NCBI GenBank assembly: GCA_028534125.1
Contig: CM052816.1
Span: 71,922,001 to 71,986,000 of the forward strand
DNA length: 64,000 nt
Direction: 5' to 3'
DNA from: Lama glama
Taxonomy: Eukaryota
The notes beneath the pieces were generated by a model. That model ran no database searches. It had not been told where the DNA came from and worked only from the letters and a program-made list of their open reading frames with translations. Positions within the stretch are counted from its first letter, which is position 1. Each line of letters begins with the position of its first letter. The translations under genes were made by a program, and so were the position numbers. This document shows positions 13,268 through 26,836 of the stretch, piece after piece.

Positions 13268-15020
13268 AAATGTTATTATCAGGGACATTTTAATCATTTT
13301 ACGGCTACATGTTGTTGTGTTCACAATGGGCCTTAGTGTTCCCTGTAAAGCAGTGCATTTTAATAAGATTGTGTTTCTTGGGAACGCTTGCCCTTCACAT
13401 CTCAATGGGAGCTTGCATTGAGAATTTCATGATACGAGTTATTTACATAATAAAAACATAATGAAATGAGGAGAAATATTCAAGGCAATATGAAAAGGGT
13501 GTTGGCAATTTACCATTTTGAAGGAGTTCTTTTGTAATGATATAAAAATAGCCGGGGGAGAAAAACTGTTATAAGATTATAAATAATCTTAGTACTCTGA
13601 ACAGAAATAGAAACTGAATCATCGTGAAATAACTTCAAAAACATTAAAAAAAGATTCCCAACCTTCCAGTCTCCCTGTAAAGAGATCATTGGGAAATCAT
13701 CTAATAAGAAAATGATCTGAATTTCAGCCCAAGCCACATTCTGCATTATTTAAGCAATTTTTTTTTCATTAGGCCTGTCCTTCAATGGCTTTCCTTGGGC
13801 TGACCTGAGCCCTGGGCTAGTGCTTCTCAGAGAGGCCAGGTCATCTGGCAAGTAGCCATTATGCTCAGCACAAGGAAGGGCATTTTTGGAAGACTTCTGT
13901 ATCTTAGTTGTTCTATTTTCCAGTAAAGATAAAAAAAAAATCTGTAACTTACCCTTAATAATCACCTTGAATCTTTCATCCATTGCTTTGGTCAAATTTT
14001 CCTTGGTTAATTTGACTAAATGATTAATCCATTCAAAATTAAGCACTTATGAAAAGTTGGCTCTAAGCTGTCACTTTGCAAATCAAGAAGGGCAACTAAC
14101 TGGCACACTTGTTCAGCCCCAGACATCTTGAAGTACAATCTCTCACATCCATCCTTCTCCCTCTCCCTCTTCTGAATATGGAGAATGAGTATGGAGACGA
14201 TCCTCTCCTTTCAAATGTTAATTCCTCTTCCTAGCTCTAGATCTTTTCGTTGTCCCTTTTGTAATTCCACTTGTCAGTTATCCCTTTGTCTCCTGCACCT
14301 TCTCATTCTCCTTCTCTGTTAACTGCTTGCCTAGTCACCTGTCTACCTTTCCAGGACACCAGTTATACCCACTCTTTCCAGTTCCTCAATTCCCACTCAC
14401 TTCTCAGGCCACGAGCTTGTTGTTTTATCTCCATTATGACATTAAACCTGTTGTTTCAGTGATTACCCAGTCATCTAAGCCAAAGAACACTGATGCACTT
14501 AAACACTCTTTTCATCTTAGTCTCTCCCCTTTTCCCTCAGCATCCCTGACACCACTCCAACAGAGCGATTGCATTAACTCATATAGTTGATTATTCCACC
14601 TTATGCTAAAAGGCTATCAGAAGCTTACATTATCCACAGTATACGATTTACATACCTTAACATGTAGCCTGTCTAACTTTTTAATAATTATTTGTGGCTA
14701 CTCTCTGCAGCTGGTACAATGGATGGGCCGTTCCTTAGACTACTTCATGCTTTAGAGAGAGAGAACTGGACCCTTAAATTTTATTATAGGCACCAATATG
14801 AGGCTCATGGTAAAAGATTCATGGACTGTGATGCTAGACCAATACTGCAGTTGTTGTAGAAGCAGGAAAGATTCTCCTCTTGGGTTCACTCCTCTGTACC
14901 TCTTGTCAACATTAGATCTTTCAGCGCCAGAGAATTCATATCAGGATTTGAGCATGAGAGATAAGGTCAGGGACACACACCTTGCCAGGATCTAGCCTAG
15001 TTGTTTTTCCTTTGAGAATA

Positions 15021-16155
15021 TTTTATTTTATTTATTTTTTTATTGAAGTACAGTCAGTTACAATGTGTCAAGTTCTGGTGTATAGCATAATGCCCCAGTC
15101 ATACATACATGTATATATTTTCATGTTCTTTTTCATTAAAAGTTATTACAAGATATTGAATATAGTTCCCTGTGCTCTACAGAAGAAATCTGATTTTCAT
15201 CTATTTTTATATATAGTGGTTAATATTTGCAAATCTTAAGTTCCCAGATTTATCCCTTGCCACCCTCTTTCTCCCAGTAACCATGAGATTATTTACTCTG
15301 TCTATGAATCTGTTTCTGTTTTGTAAATTAGTTCATTAGTGTCCCCTTTTTTTCTTTTTTTTTTTTTGATTCCACATATGGGTGATATCATATGGTATTT
15401 TTCTTTCTCTTTCTGGCTTACTTCACTTAGAATGATGGTCTCCAGGTCCATCCATATTGCTGCAAATGGCATTTTGTTCTTTTTGTGGCTGAGTAGTATT
15501 CCATTGCAGAAATATAACACAACTTCTTTATCCAGTCATCTGTCAGTGGACATTTAGGTTGCTTCCATGTCTTAGCTATTGTAAATAGTGCTGCTATGAA
15601 CACTGGGGTGCATGTATCTTTTTGAATTAGGGTTCCCTCTGGATAGATGCCTAGGAGTAGGATTGTTGGATCATATGGGAAGTCTATATTTAGTGTTTTG
15701 AGGAATCGCCATACCGTTTTCCATAATGGCTGCACCAAACTGCATTCCCACCAGCAGTGTAGGAGGGTTCCCTTTTCTCCACACTCTTTCCAGCATTTAT
15801 CACTTGTGGACTTTTGAATGATGGCCATTCTGACCGGTATGAGGTGACACCTCATTGTAGTTTTGATTTGCATTTCTCTGATAATTATTGATATTGAGCA
15901 TTTTTTCATGTGCCTATTGGCCATTTGTATGTCTTCTCTGGAGAATTGCTTGTTTAGGTCATCTGCCCATTTTTGGATTGGGTTGTTTGTTTTTTAGTTA
16001 TTAAGTTGTATGAGCTATTTATATATTCTGGAAATTAAACCTTTGTCAGTTGCAAATATTTTCTCCAATTCCGTAGGTTGTCTTTTTTGTTTTGCTTATG
16101 TTTTGCTTTGCTGTACAAAAGCTTATACATTTAATTAAGTCTCATTTGTTTATTT
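15021..16155 (-). mobile_element. lineage-specific (camelid-type) L1, 5'-truncated: ORF2 C-terminus, 3'UTR and A-rich tail
   Basis: ORF 15427-15924 contains the CCHC region [21 protein letters not shown] 15302-15520 gives the frameshifted ORF2 end ([17 protein letters not shown]); T-rich tail at ~15021-15042. Confidence 0.95.
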
Positions 16156-16375
16156 TTAATTGAGGTAAAAAAACACATCAAATAAAATTTACTATCTCAG
16201 CCATTTTCAAGTGTGTAGTTCAGTAGTGTTAACAATATTCACAATGATCTACGATAGATCTCTGGGACATTTTCATCTCACAACACTAAATTCTATACCC
16301 GTTGAACAACAACTCCTTATTTCCTCCTTCTTTCCACCCCAGCAACCACCATTCTACTTTCTGCTTCTCAAAATT
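16156..16375 (-). mobile_element. older L1MA/L1MB 3' end, directly abutting the younger L1
   Basis: 'aattgaggtaaaa...cagttcagtagtgttaa...cagcaaccaccattctactttctg'-type L1M 3'UTR. Confidence 0.75.
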
Positions 16376-19300
16376 TAGTAGTAGAAATTGAGATATGAAC
16401 AAATAATTATAACACAACCTGGACAGAATAACACACCAAACACTTCAGGAGTACCTAAGAGAGGGATTTTTTCTATCACAGATGGGTAGGGAGAAGGTAA
16501 CACACAACGGCTTCCTGAAGGAGATGGCACTTGAGTCAAGGATTTAAGAATAATAATAGGATTATAGGAATAATATAGAAATAATAAGAAGGGAATAATA
16601 ATAATAATGATGATGTATAGGGGGACACCAGCAAAGCAAGTGCATTAGAGACTTCCAGTCATTTAAAGACTAAAAAATGGACGCTGGAAGATTAGTCAGT
16701 TTAGAAAGAGCTAACTCTTAAGCATGAAGGTAAGACAGAAATATGGCTTTGAGAATTGAGTTGGAAACAAGTTAAGTGAAGAGAACTAGGGGAAACTATC
16801 TAAAAGCCAGATTTTTTTAAAATAGGTTTTTGAGTATACACAGTTGGGGTCCAAATGGCATCAGGGTGATAACCAAGCCAATCTAACAGATGTAGAATAA
16901 TCCTTTCAATGACAAGAACCCCCTACTCACTGTAAATTAGTTAATGGCATATTCGCCTCCACTCCTCCCAGTTACTCACTATTGCAATGCCGCCTTCAAA
17001 ATACTTTTAAAGGTAACTCATACTAATATTTCTTTCCTAAGGTGTTGCCATTTAAAACAGGAGAGTCTTACTGATTGGAGTGAGACAGAATAAGAGAAAA
17101 TTGAGAATATTTAAGTGTTTTCTCAAAGACTGTCAAAGAGCAAGGAGAAAGTGAGACAATAATCTGAGTAGTGGGAGCCATGAGATTTAAGTCATTTAAA
17201 AATATGGTGGATAAAACAGTCAGGAATGTGTAAATGAGACTAATCTGCTGTTAGCTGGGAAAGGTTTGATGACCCTGCAGTTCTTTCCCTTGGGCAGCTG
17301 CAGTTCTCACTGTGGCTGTGCTGAGGTGTGCAGTTGTAAAGATGAGAAAGCAGATGACATCATCCAACACCTTGACAACAAAGTGATCATTTCCAGTCAT
17401 CTCGAGTGTTGCAAAACTGTTGCCTGATAATTCTTTCCGTGTGGTGGAGTCATCTCAGGAAGAGAACTGAAAAGGGGAGACAGAATTATCCTAGAAATGA
17501 GCTGGTCGTGTGGCTGTAAAGCCCTCTGTTAAATATGGAGTTTTATTTCTATTTTCAGAATTTTAAAAATAATGTCCATGGTCCAGAAATAAAAACAAGT
17601 AATAAGTCAGTAATAGAGCTGAGAGACCAGACCCATGAATATGACTGAGAATCTTTCTTCAGACATCACAAAAGAAACTTCTTTACATTCTTCTTTAACA
17701 TATGATTATTCTGAAAAAAAGAAGCAATAACTATTTTTTAGCAGCATTAAGTAAAAGTACTATTGTTGATTTTTTGGTTGTTTTTCTTTAAATGTTTTTA
17801 TACCAATGAGATAAAATTTAAACAAATTATTTGTTTCTCTTTTTCTTTCATCCGCCGTCTTTTCACACAGTCAGTATGTGGCTGATCATGACTTGCAGAT
17901 GCATGTTCCAGTTGATATGATTTTTTAAAATTTCTCTATATTTTTATTCATCCTTCATAATTCTAATGTTAACGTTTGGTATTATTTAACTGCATTGCTT
18001 TAATATAGCTAGCACAGGTTGATGTGATTTTAATGCCAGCCCTTTTTACTCTCTCCTAACGTGGTTCATTTTATCACCTTTCAGGAATTTCACACTTGCC
18101 TCACAGATTTCTTCTCCAATCCACCCCATAGCTAATTTCAGCATAATAACTGATAACTTTTTCAACTTCCGAGACCTTTACTTCCTACACTTTTCCACTA
18201 TGCTTTATGCTACTATGGAAGCATCACAGGTAAGAAGCCATACATTACACCCTCTCATCACCTGAACACTTTCTTTTTTTGACCAGCAGGCTCACAGATG
18301 CCGAAGCTGACCACTCCACTCTAAATGTCATGCCTAGTCCCTCCGCCATTTCTACTCCTTCTCATACATTCTATCCCTGTTCCTTGTCCTTTAGACTCTT
18401 GGTTTGTCTCTAGACTTTTCCCTCGTCACAGGCCTCCCCTGTTTCTCAGTCAGCTTCTGGCTTTAGTTGGTTCACTGTTTGTTTGACTAGCCTGAACCCT
18501 GTGGTCACCCACCTCTCTTCCTCTCTCCTCTTTCACTAGTAACCAGGGATCTTTTAACCCATCTCACACTTCCTCTGCAGCTGTCCTGCCAATCCCTAGT
18601 GTTGGACAAATCCAACCATATGTTTTCTCTGTTCTCATTATCCCACTGCCAAGTAATACTGGAAAAAGTCAAGAAATTGCCAGTTGGCTCCATTACCAAT
18701 ATATGATATCTAATCTCAGTTGGCCCCTGAGGACTGTTTGGAAATCCTTTTATTCACAGTGAATTCTCCAAATTCTTCCAAACTCCCTCCATTCTCCTCA
18801 AACCCTTCAGTGCACTCCTTTCACTCACAGTTGGCAAATGACTTCACCTCCTACTTCCCTTAGAAGACTGAGGTCGTCCAACAGACACTTTTTAATCTAA
18901 TCTCATAGATTATTTCTATCTGATCACTTTCCCTTAATGCAGAGCTTAAGACTAGAGGCAGATCAAGCTACTATGTCCCACCAGGGATGGAGGAGGGAGC
19001 AAGAGTGGATCTTCCTACATGGAGTTATGGAACACAGACACAAAGACAATAAAGGGGGGCAAACCCACACTGAGTCTCAGCACAAGGGAATCAGTGGACC
19101 AAGGATGCTGAGAAAGGTGATGAGCTTCACCAATGGGAGGTGGTCTGGATGAATCCCACTGATCATGTAGCAGAGGCCTGAGACATGTTTTAATATCACT
19201 GGACACTTGTATGACTACTATGAAATTAGTTAAATTCATTTCAAAGGATTAGAGTCTGCCCTACCACTCCTCAACTCCTGATACTTCATAGGAAGTTGTG

Positions 19301-19537
19301 TTCATCCTTCTTTTAAAAGCCAACACTTTCCATCTGTATGTTAGAGCCAATTTCCACCACTCAGAGAGTGACTCTATTTTTCACATTGTCTTTCTGTTGT
19401 ACCATCATCAAGTTTATTGTTCGCCACTCTTTGTTAGCCTACTTTATTATTTATCTCCAAAACACTAAGAAGAAAACCAAAAGTAGAAACCCCTCTTAAC
19501 TTCCGGGCCTCCTGAGCTGCTTACCTACTTTTTTCTT

Positions 19538-19702
19538 CTTGCTGTTCAATGGGTATAAAGTTTCAGTTATGCAAGATGAAAAACTTCTAGAGATCTGCTG
19601 TCCAACCTTGTGCTTACAGCTAACAATACTGTACTGTACACTTAAACATTTAAGCGAGTAGATCTCATGTTACGTATTTTTACTATAGTTTAAAAAAAAA
19701 AA
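19538..19702 (+). mobile_element. short L1MB-type 3' end with poly(A)
   Basis: 'gggtataaagtttcagttatgcaagatgaa..ttctagagatctgctgt..aacaatactgtactgtacacttaa..aaaaaaaaaa'. Confidence 0.85.
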
Positions 19703-20192
19703 GGCAGAGTCTGTGTTTACCACCTCCCCCGCTGCAATGCATAATCCAACCTATGGTTTGCTAGCTTCTCTCTGTAGCACTCATGGAAAACTGCCTTCTC
19801 GAAAGATCTAAATTCATTCTCAAAGGCCAAATCTCATGGCCTTTTATCAGTCCTTGCGCATCTGGGTCTCAGTGCTGGTGAACATATCTTTCCTATTGGC
19901 AGGATCTATGCTCTTGAGTTCTGCAGCACTCAGTCACCTTCCTCTCCACCTGCGTCTCTGATCACAACAGAGTCTTGCCATGTCTCACACATCACTTCAA
20001 GCCTTGGTGAGGAACGTTTCCTGAGGTTCAACCCTCAGTCCTCTTCATTTGTCATTCTACTTTCACTCCACTTATTACTCGTGTTACTGACTGTCATTTC
20101 CACACCTCTACCTAGCACCTCTCTCCCACCCTTCATAATTCTAACTCTACCAATACAGAAATCACTGTATGTCCCAAGTCAAATGCAAAGGT

Positions 20193-20452
20193 CGGCAGTG
20201 TAAGGTTAAGAGTGCATTTTCTTGAACTATATTGTCTATGAGCTCAAATTCTGACTCTGCTTAGTAGCTGTGCAACCCTTGGACAAGTTGCTTCAGTTCT
20301 CTGTGCTTTAATTTCTTCATCTGTAAAATGGAGATAATGACAGTACCCATGTCATGACTCTATTTTGAGGGTTAAAGAGTTAATTTGCACAAAGTACTAG
20401 AATGAGCCTAGTATAAAGGCAGAGTAAGTAAACATTAGCTGTTATTATTATC
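20193..20452 (+). mobile_element. near full-length MIR
   Basis: 'ggttaagagtgc...tagctgtgcaacccttggacaagttgctt...tttcttcatctgtaaaatggagataatgacagtacc...ttagctgttattatt'. Confidence 0.9.
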
Positions 20453-21289
20453 ATTTACCCTTTCTTGCAGAAATCCTGTTCTTCAGGCTGGATTTTCCTC
20501 CTCAGTTAATGGCAGCGCAGCAGCTCAGTCATCCGTTCTAAAATCCTTACTGTCACCTTCTAACCTCTTTCCACACTCAGCTTGCTTTATATCCAGTTTT
20601 CACCAAATAAATAAACGTTTAATCTTCCATTTTCTTTCCATCTGCTGCTGCCCAAGTCCAGAGCTTCATTATCTCTAACCTGAATTATTGCCACAGCTCC
20701 CTGCCTGCCTTCCATCTTTACCCCCCAGTTCATTTTCAGCCCAATGTTACTTTTCTAAACAGAGACATCAGTTTAATCTCTTTTCTGTTTTATTGTCACA
20801 AATTGAAATGTTGAGCGCAGTGTAGTTAGTTTTCCTTCTTACCTCTGATCAGGTACCTCTGCTGCCTTCCGCAGCTGCTCAGGGACTCATGAAACACACC
20901 ATGTGCTTTAACTCATCCGTGTGCTTGCAAAAGCTCTTCTCTGCGCCTCACTATCTCATCTATGCTGTCTTATCTATCAAATTTCTGTTTCTCTTTTAAG
21001 CACCAGTTTAAATGGTATGTTAGTAAGGCATCACTTTTGTATCTCCATTCCCTGAAAAAGATGATAGAGAGAGAGAGAGAGAGAATTATATGAATTACTT
21101 TTTGTGGTATTTATTTGTTTCTATTTCTATTCCTGATTAGATTGTGAACTTTTTCAGTTTGAGGCTATGATATTCATTTTAAATGTCCAATGAAATGTTA
21201 TTGAATAAATCAATATTTCTCCCAAATTGCCAGCACCCACTTATGTCTCTTTCTAAGCTTATAGAATCTACGGCAAAAATGGATTTCCT

Positions 21290-21830
21290 ATTAACACTTC
21301 CTTTCCGACCTTTCCATTGCTTCCCCGAGCTCAGGACTTCATCACTATTGGCATAGATTATTACAGGAGCCCCTTCATTTGCTCACCAGCTTTAGTTTCT
21401 CCTCCTTTCTAAGCCATTCATGACATAATGCTGCTGGAGATATCTTCATTAACAACAGGTTCTGTGGTATTAGTCCATTGCTCAAAACCTTTCAAAGCCC
21501 CCCCTTGACTAGTGAGCGAAATGGAAACCCTTTAGCCCTGCCTCTCCTCCCCAGCCTTATCTCAGGCTATCTTACCTTATTTTTTCCACTACACCCATCA
21601 CATACACAAGCTACACTCCAGAATCCTGAACTATTGGCTATTCCTGTAACCTAAGACACCCATACTCCAATCTGTTGGTATCTTATCCATCTATCAAAAC
21701 TGTAACCCAAAGGTATTGGCCCCTTTCCATGAAGCCTTTCACAAACCCCTGGTCAGGAAAAAAAAAAAAATCTCTTCTCATTTTGTCTTCCGAAAACTTA
21801 TGTAAAGACATTTGTTGTAGCATGTCATAG
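21290..21830 (+). mobile_element. L2 fragment
   Basis: 'gattattacaggagcc...ttgctcaaaacctttcaa...ccatgaagcctttc' L2-like motifs. Confidence 0.55.
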
Positions 21831-21837
21831 TCTCCCT

Positions 21838-22046
21838 TCTTTTTTTTTTTTTTATTGAAGTATAGTCAGTTTACAATGTTATGTCAATGTCTGGTGTACA
21901 GCATAATAGTTCAGTCATACATATACATGCATATATTGGTTTTCATATTCTTTTTAATTACAGGTTACTACAAGATATTGAATATAATTCCCTGTGCTGT
22001 ACAGTATGAACTTGTTTATCTATTTTATATATAGTAGTATCTGCAA
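21838..22046 (-). mobile_element. short camelid-type L1 3' end
   Basis: poly(T) then 'tattgaagtatagtcagtttacaatg', closely similar to the 15021, 49835 and 62828 copies. Confidence 0.9.
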
Positions 22047-22214
22047 GATTTGCCATTACTGTTGTTAACAGTGCATCTCAGAGTAAACATTAAGATGAAA
22101 AAGAGGTAGAGGAGGAATCTCACGATGCGGAGATTGAATGAAATGATGATGTGAAAAAATTGTAGGAAGCCTAAAACTCAGTAGGATTGTGAAGGTAATC
22201 TGTGTTCGATTTGC

Positions 22215-22380
22215 AAGCCACTCAGTCTGGCTGTGTATTAAAATCATCCATAGGTACTTGTTGAAGACAGAGATTCTTGGTCTCTATGTGGAAAATCTGA
22301 TTCAATCTATCTGAAATGAACAGCTGAAATCTATATTTTTATCAAACCCTTAAGGCAGTTTAATGCAGACCAGAGGATTC
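22215..22380. mobile_element. MER5-like hAT-Charlie MITE
   Basis: 'ggctgtgtattaaaatcatcc...cagagattcttgg...tctgattcaat...aaatctatattttt'. Confidence 0.55.
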
Positions 22381-24122
22381 AACAATCTTAAATTACTGTT
22401 TTCACCACATCATTCCTTGTTCCCAAACTAGAATTGCTTCCATCTTCACACCCCATTATATATATGTAAAATTCTGTACTTAAATTCTTCTCACAGTATA
22501 CTGTCACATGACCTAGCTAAATTTATCACACAACACTTACCAACACAAACCTCTCTGCAGGCAGGAGGGCTCCTCAGTACCCAGCAGGGGGACTTCCTCT
22601 TCTCTTCTACATGCACCAGAATTCTGCATATTCTTTAAATTTCAGTCTTCTCTAAAGGCATCTCCAGCTAGAAGCACCCCAAAGGCGTTAGCACTGTTAA
22701 GTGTGCACTGTTGTTTGCTGTTTTCTGGGTCATGGGTGTTGGTCTCATCTATAAAATTAACTTGTAAGATACTTCTTTGTATGCACCCCACTTCCTACCA
22801 TGCCCGTGGGTCCGTAGTGGACACTCGGGAATCAATGTAATGAGAGAGAAAGGGAGAGGAAAAGAGAGTTTGTTTTGACAACTCTAACTGAAGAATCAGG
22901 CAAATTGGCTGTGCTTCCCTCAGTATTAACTTCACTCTCAGGGAGACCGTTTTAGGGAGTGGCCCTCAGCAGTTCCCGGTTTATTTCCTACTAGCTAAGT
23001 CACCCCAGTAGAAGGGGAGCTTTTCTTTACCAATTGTTGCAGCTGAAGTCCCAGGTCTCACTCTCACTGGCCAAGGTTGGGTACAGATCTTTAAGCACAG
23101 GGTAAAATTAGCCCCACCCAGATCACAGGATCAGTGTGAAGAAGGGTGATTGCTCAAAGGAAAACTGATTGACTGTCACCCAGAGCCAAGGGAAACAGTC
23201 CCTGGGAAGGAAAAAAAATAACGGATAACTATGTCTTCTGATTAGACCCCTACTGTTTACATAAGAGATGCAAAACGGCAACTTGTAAAGGAGTAAATCT
23301 TTCAAAAGAGAGTGGATAAAATTCAAAGAAAAATGAGAAATGTGGAGTTTTAGAGAACTTGAGTCAGAAACCACAAATACTTGATGAACAGTGTAGGTAA
23401 AGACACACCTCTTAGATACATGCCTCAGGCTACAGGCAGTAAAAGGAGTGTCCAATTAAAGGACATCTAGGAGGATAAACATGAGGAAACTACACATGGG
23501 TCAGATCAGTGGAAACCAGCTCCACATAAAAATAACTTCATCCCCACCTTGTCCAGAGACAGCGAGGAGTCTCCACTGGCCAGACAGACATTAGTGGGGC
23601 AGTAGGACTTGGAACGTGGAGTTGGGTATAAAAGCCTGATGCACGAACCCAGTGGTATCTACAGTGTAAACTATGGCTTGCCCAGGCAACTCTAACTTTT
23701 TCACCTGAAATGACGTGATAACAAAATTTCTATAATGGCTTAAACTTTTTCAAGAACATATGCTATCTAAAAACAAAGCCATATCACCTTATTCAAGACA
23801 ATCATTTCCAAATCCTGCAAGAGTAAAGACATAGAAGCAGACAGGTGTATTACTTCTTGACTTGAAGCCATCATCATTACACATTGGGAACTGCCTTTAA
23901 GTAAGGATACGGTGGAGGCCACTCTATAAAGGTATTATGACATACCTGTTACAGGTAAGGCCACACCTGTTACACATGTTTCCTCTTTTGGCTTGGTTGT
24001 GAAAGAGAGAAAGTCCTTTACAGTTACTGTCAACAGTAGGATCTTTTTAGCTGAAGACAGAGAGAGTGTCATTTATTTGATCTTCAGTTGTGACCAATAC
24101 TGCACATTCCCTAGAAATGAGG

Positions 24123-24222
24123 TATTTTTTCATTGAAGTATAATTGACATACATCATCTTAGTTTCAGGTGTGCAACCTGATGATCTGACATTTGTATAC
24201 ATCGTGAAACTATCACCACAAT
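24123..24222 (-). mobile_element. short L1 3' end fragment
   Basis: 'ttttcattgaagtataattgacatac...tagtttcaggtgtgcaac...atttgtatacatcgtgaaactatcaccacaata'. Confidence 0.75.
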
Positions 24223-24984
24223 AGGTGAGATGAAGTATTAAAATGAAAAAAGAACGGGCCAGGGAATCCCTTGATTTAAAAAAAAAAATCTACAAAGTGA
24301 AATTGACAGTGATAATGATGGTGAAAGATGTTAATTTCCTTATATGGAGTGTAAATGGATTGAGCCTCTAAATTTTCTCCAGCAAAAGTATCCTACTTGG
24401 CTGCAACTAACATCTGACCAAAGCTTGGACATAATGTTCACCAGTGCTCAACTTCATTGATAAATAGGCACCAGAATTTTCTCTGGCATTAACCAGTAGT
24501 GCAACTTGTATTTTTTTTTTTTTTGCACAAAGGCTAAGTTTAGTTTAATTACACTAGATAAAAAGTAAAATCTAGATATCTCCAAGGCTGGCTTTCTTCC
24601 ATGTTTCCAAGATGCTTTCTTTAAATCTGTGAAATAATAAGCCTAATTCTCTAAAGTAAGGCTGGAAAATACCTTGTATGTGCTTATTCAAGGTGGACCA
24701 AGATGATCATTCACATAACCTAACATTCGTGAAGGGTCTCAGATTTAGCCTTTTAGCATGATTTTCACATAAGCTTACACAAATATTCCCAGAGACCAAC
24801 CACTAAAATTGGAAGTAGTTAATGTTCTTCATACACCTTTAAATGTGTATGTCATTCCCAGAGCATCCCACCCATTGCAAGTTATAAATTAATATATTTA
24901 AAGATAAAACCTGTACTTATTTTGTGAATAGCTTAATTATATCATCTTGACCTTGAGTTGTTGAAAGTATTGTTGAATATAAAC

Positions 24985-25168
24985 TTTTATTTTAAAACTT
25001 TATAGAAGGATGATTGACAGTCAAAAAGCTGTACATTTTTAATGTGCACAACTTGATAAGTATGTAACTGTGAAACTATCACCAAAATTTGGGCCATAAA
25101 CATATTGATCATCTCCAAAATTTCTTCTTGCCCTCTTTATTTTTTTTGTTTTTATTTATTTATGTGTA

Positions 25169-25203
<35 letters not shown>

Positions 25204-25645
25204 TAAAAACACTTAACAAAAGATCTACCCTCTTAGCAAACTTTTAAGTATGCAACACAGTGTTGTTAACTATAGGCACCATGCTATACAGCAGAGCCCT
25301 AGGATTTTTTCATCTCACATTCCTGAAACTTTGTACCCTTTGACTGCAACCTCCCTATTCCCTCTCCCCTCCAGCCCTTAGCAAACACCATTCTGCTCTG
25401 CTTCTATGAGTTTGACTATTTCAGATTTCTCTTATAATTGGGATCATGTAGTATTTGTTCTTCTGCGTCTGGCTTATTTCACTTAACAAATGTCCTCAGG
25501 GTTCACCCATTTCATTGAAAATGGCAGGATTTCCTTCTTTCTTAAGGCTGAATGAGATTCTATTGTATGTAAATACCACACTCACTTTATCCATTTATCT
25601 AGCAATGGACGTTTAGGTGGTTTTCATGTCTTGGCTATTGTAAAC
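24985..25645 (-). mobile_element. L1MA-type 3' end containing a (TG)n(GA)n microsatellite
   Basis: 'aacaaaagatctaccctcttagcaaacttttaagtatgcaacacag...ctggcttatttcacttaac...catgtcttggctattgtaaa'. Confidence 0.85.
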
Positions 25646-25711
25646 TTATAATACTATATGCTTCAAATTTTGCAAGCCTGTATTGGCTTTTCTGAATTTT
25701 TTTATACTCAG

Positions 25712-25918
25712 AATCTTCTGGCCCAGATCTCTTCATTGACATTGAAGAGATTACAGTTACATATAGCGACGGAGAAAAGAGCTTTGTAGATTTGTTCAAG
25801 GAGGAGAAGACAGTATTCATCGGAACACCTGCCCCCGCAGCACAGCCAGGGACCTGCGTCCCATTCGTGGGAATCGCCTCGCCGTGCCCCCTTTGGGGCA
25901 GCCCGGGCTTTCTTGGGG
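25712..25918 (+). CDS. candidate coding exon of an unidentified gene (207 nt, phase 1-1)
   Basis: acceptor ttttctgaatttttttatactcag|, open frame SSGPDLFIDIEEITVTYSDGEKSFVDLFKEEKTVFIGTPAPAAQPGTCVPFVGIASPCPLWGSPGFLG, possible donor GGG|gtaatg (otherwise TGA at 25933-25935); CpG/GC-rich versus flanks; no homologue recognised. Confidence 0.35.
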
Positions 25919-26836
25919 GTAATGTTGTGACCTGACCGTGAAGGGAAATGGACAGGTGTAGGAAAGAAGCTATGGAAGCGGGGAGCAAACTCCTCCAGAG
26001 TTCTTCCTTGTAGGCAGCTGTGATGCTGAAAGCACACATTTCTTAGAAAATCTGTGTCTCTGAATACTTACAATCTTAAAATGGTTGTGTGTCATGGGTT
26101 TTCTGAGACAATCTTAAATATTAAATTATGTTTCTGAATCTGAAGTTCAAATACATATATACACACACATGCATGGCATCTTATACAGAAATAAGAGAAG
26201 TAAAGGAAAGGGAAAAAAAAAAGATTTTTCTCTTTCCTACAGTTTCAGAGGACATCTGGAGGTATGTTCGGAGCCAGAGAATATGGGGGAAAGGACAGAT
26301 ATATTATAGCCATTCCCTCTTACAGATCACAGTATGCAAAGTGGAACTTCTCAGTGAACCTTGAGGAGTCGAGTTGGGGGCAGAGAAAATCTCTTATTCA
26401 TACATATATGAGCTCAAATGGCTTGGCAGTATATACATAGTTTCACTTTGAAAGCAGAATAACCTTTCAAGAATTCTGAAATATAAATAAGAAATCAAAT
26501 AAAAATGATATAGTCCCCATTAAATAAAAGCAAACTGTGCAGCAGTGTAACACAAAGCGTTGCTTCTAAGGGTCTGGTGACAAATCACTGGAGCCTTGCT
26601 CTTAAAAATTATCTCAGATCTGGAGCCCCAAACCAGAATTGTGCCTTATATTGCACATTTATTTATCAGTTAGGATAATGTGGGGTTGATCTCTCTGAAA
26701 CAGCTGTCCATTCTGTGCCTGCATATTTTAATGCATCTTCAAAAGACAGCCAACCAACCAACTTAAATCTTCTATTGGCAGGCCAGCATCATAACTTAGT
26801 TTAACATTTCCTCCAGTGATTTTTTTTTCTCTACAG

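Larger units (their letters stand above)
18060..21210 (+). mobile_element. long fragmented L2 LINE interrupted by younger insertions
   Basis: pyrimidine-rich L2 motifs (gcaaatgacttcacctcctacttc; caaaggccaaatctcatggccttttatcagtcc; ttatctctaacctgaattattgccacagctcc; tagattgtgaact...aaatgttattgaataaat 3' end). Confidence 0.65.

Noticed and set aside
12800..13336. 178-aa + strand ORF
   Set aside because: Starts in a TG/TA microsatellite and includes the tandem duplication; no recognisable domain or splice support
13953..14015. - strand 63-nt exon candidate (KLTKENLTKAMDERFKVIIK, donor AGG|gtaagt)
   Set aside because: Weak acceptor; its phase does not fit the 5828-5747 candidate frame; such donors occur by chance
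15427..15924. 165-aa ORF with a CCHC motif
   Set aside because: L1 ORF2 C-terminus from a truncated, frameshifted copy; not a host gene
17830..17880. Strong + strand acceptor followed 3 nt later by a donor-like CA|gtatgt
   Set aside because: Could be a microexon or recursive site, but nothing distinguishes it from chance; isolated acceptors at ~55838 and ~61399 were rejected likewise
18085..18229. Exon-like segment (ctttcag| ... CAG|gtaaga) with an open frame
   Set aside because: Lies within L2-derived sequence; exonisation is possible but unsupported
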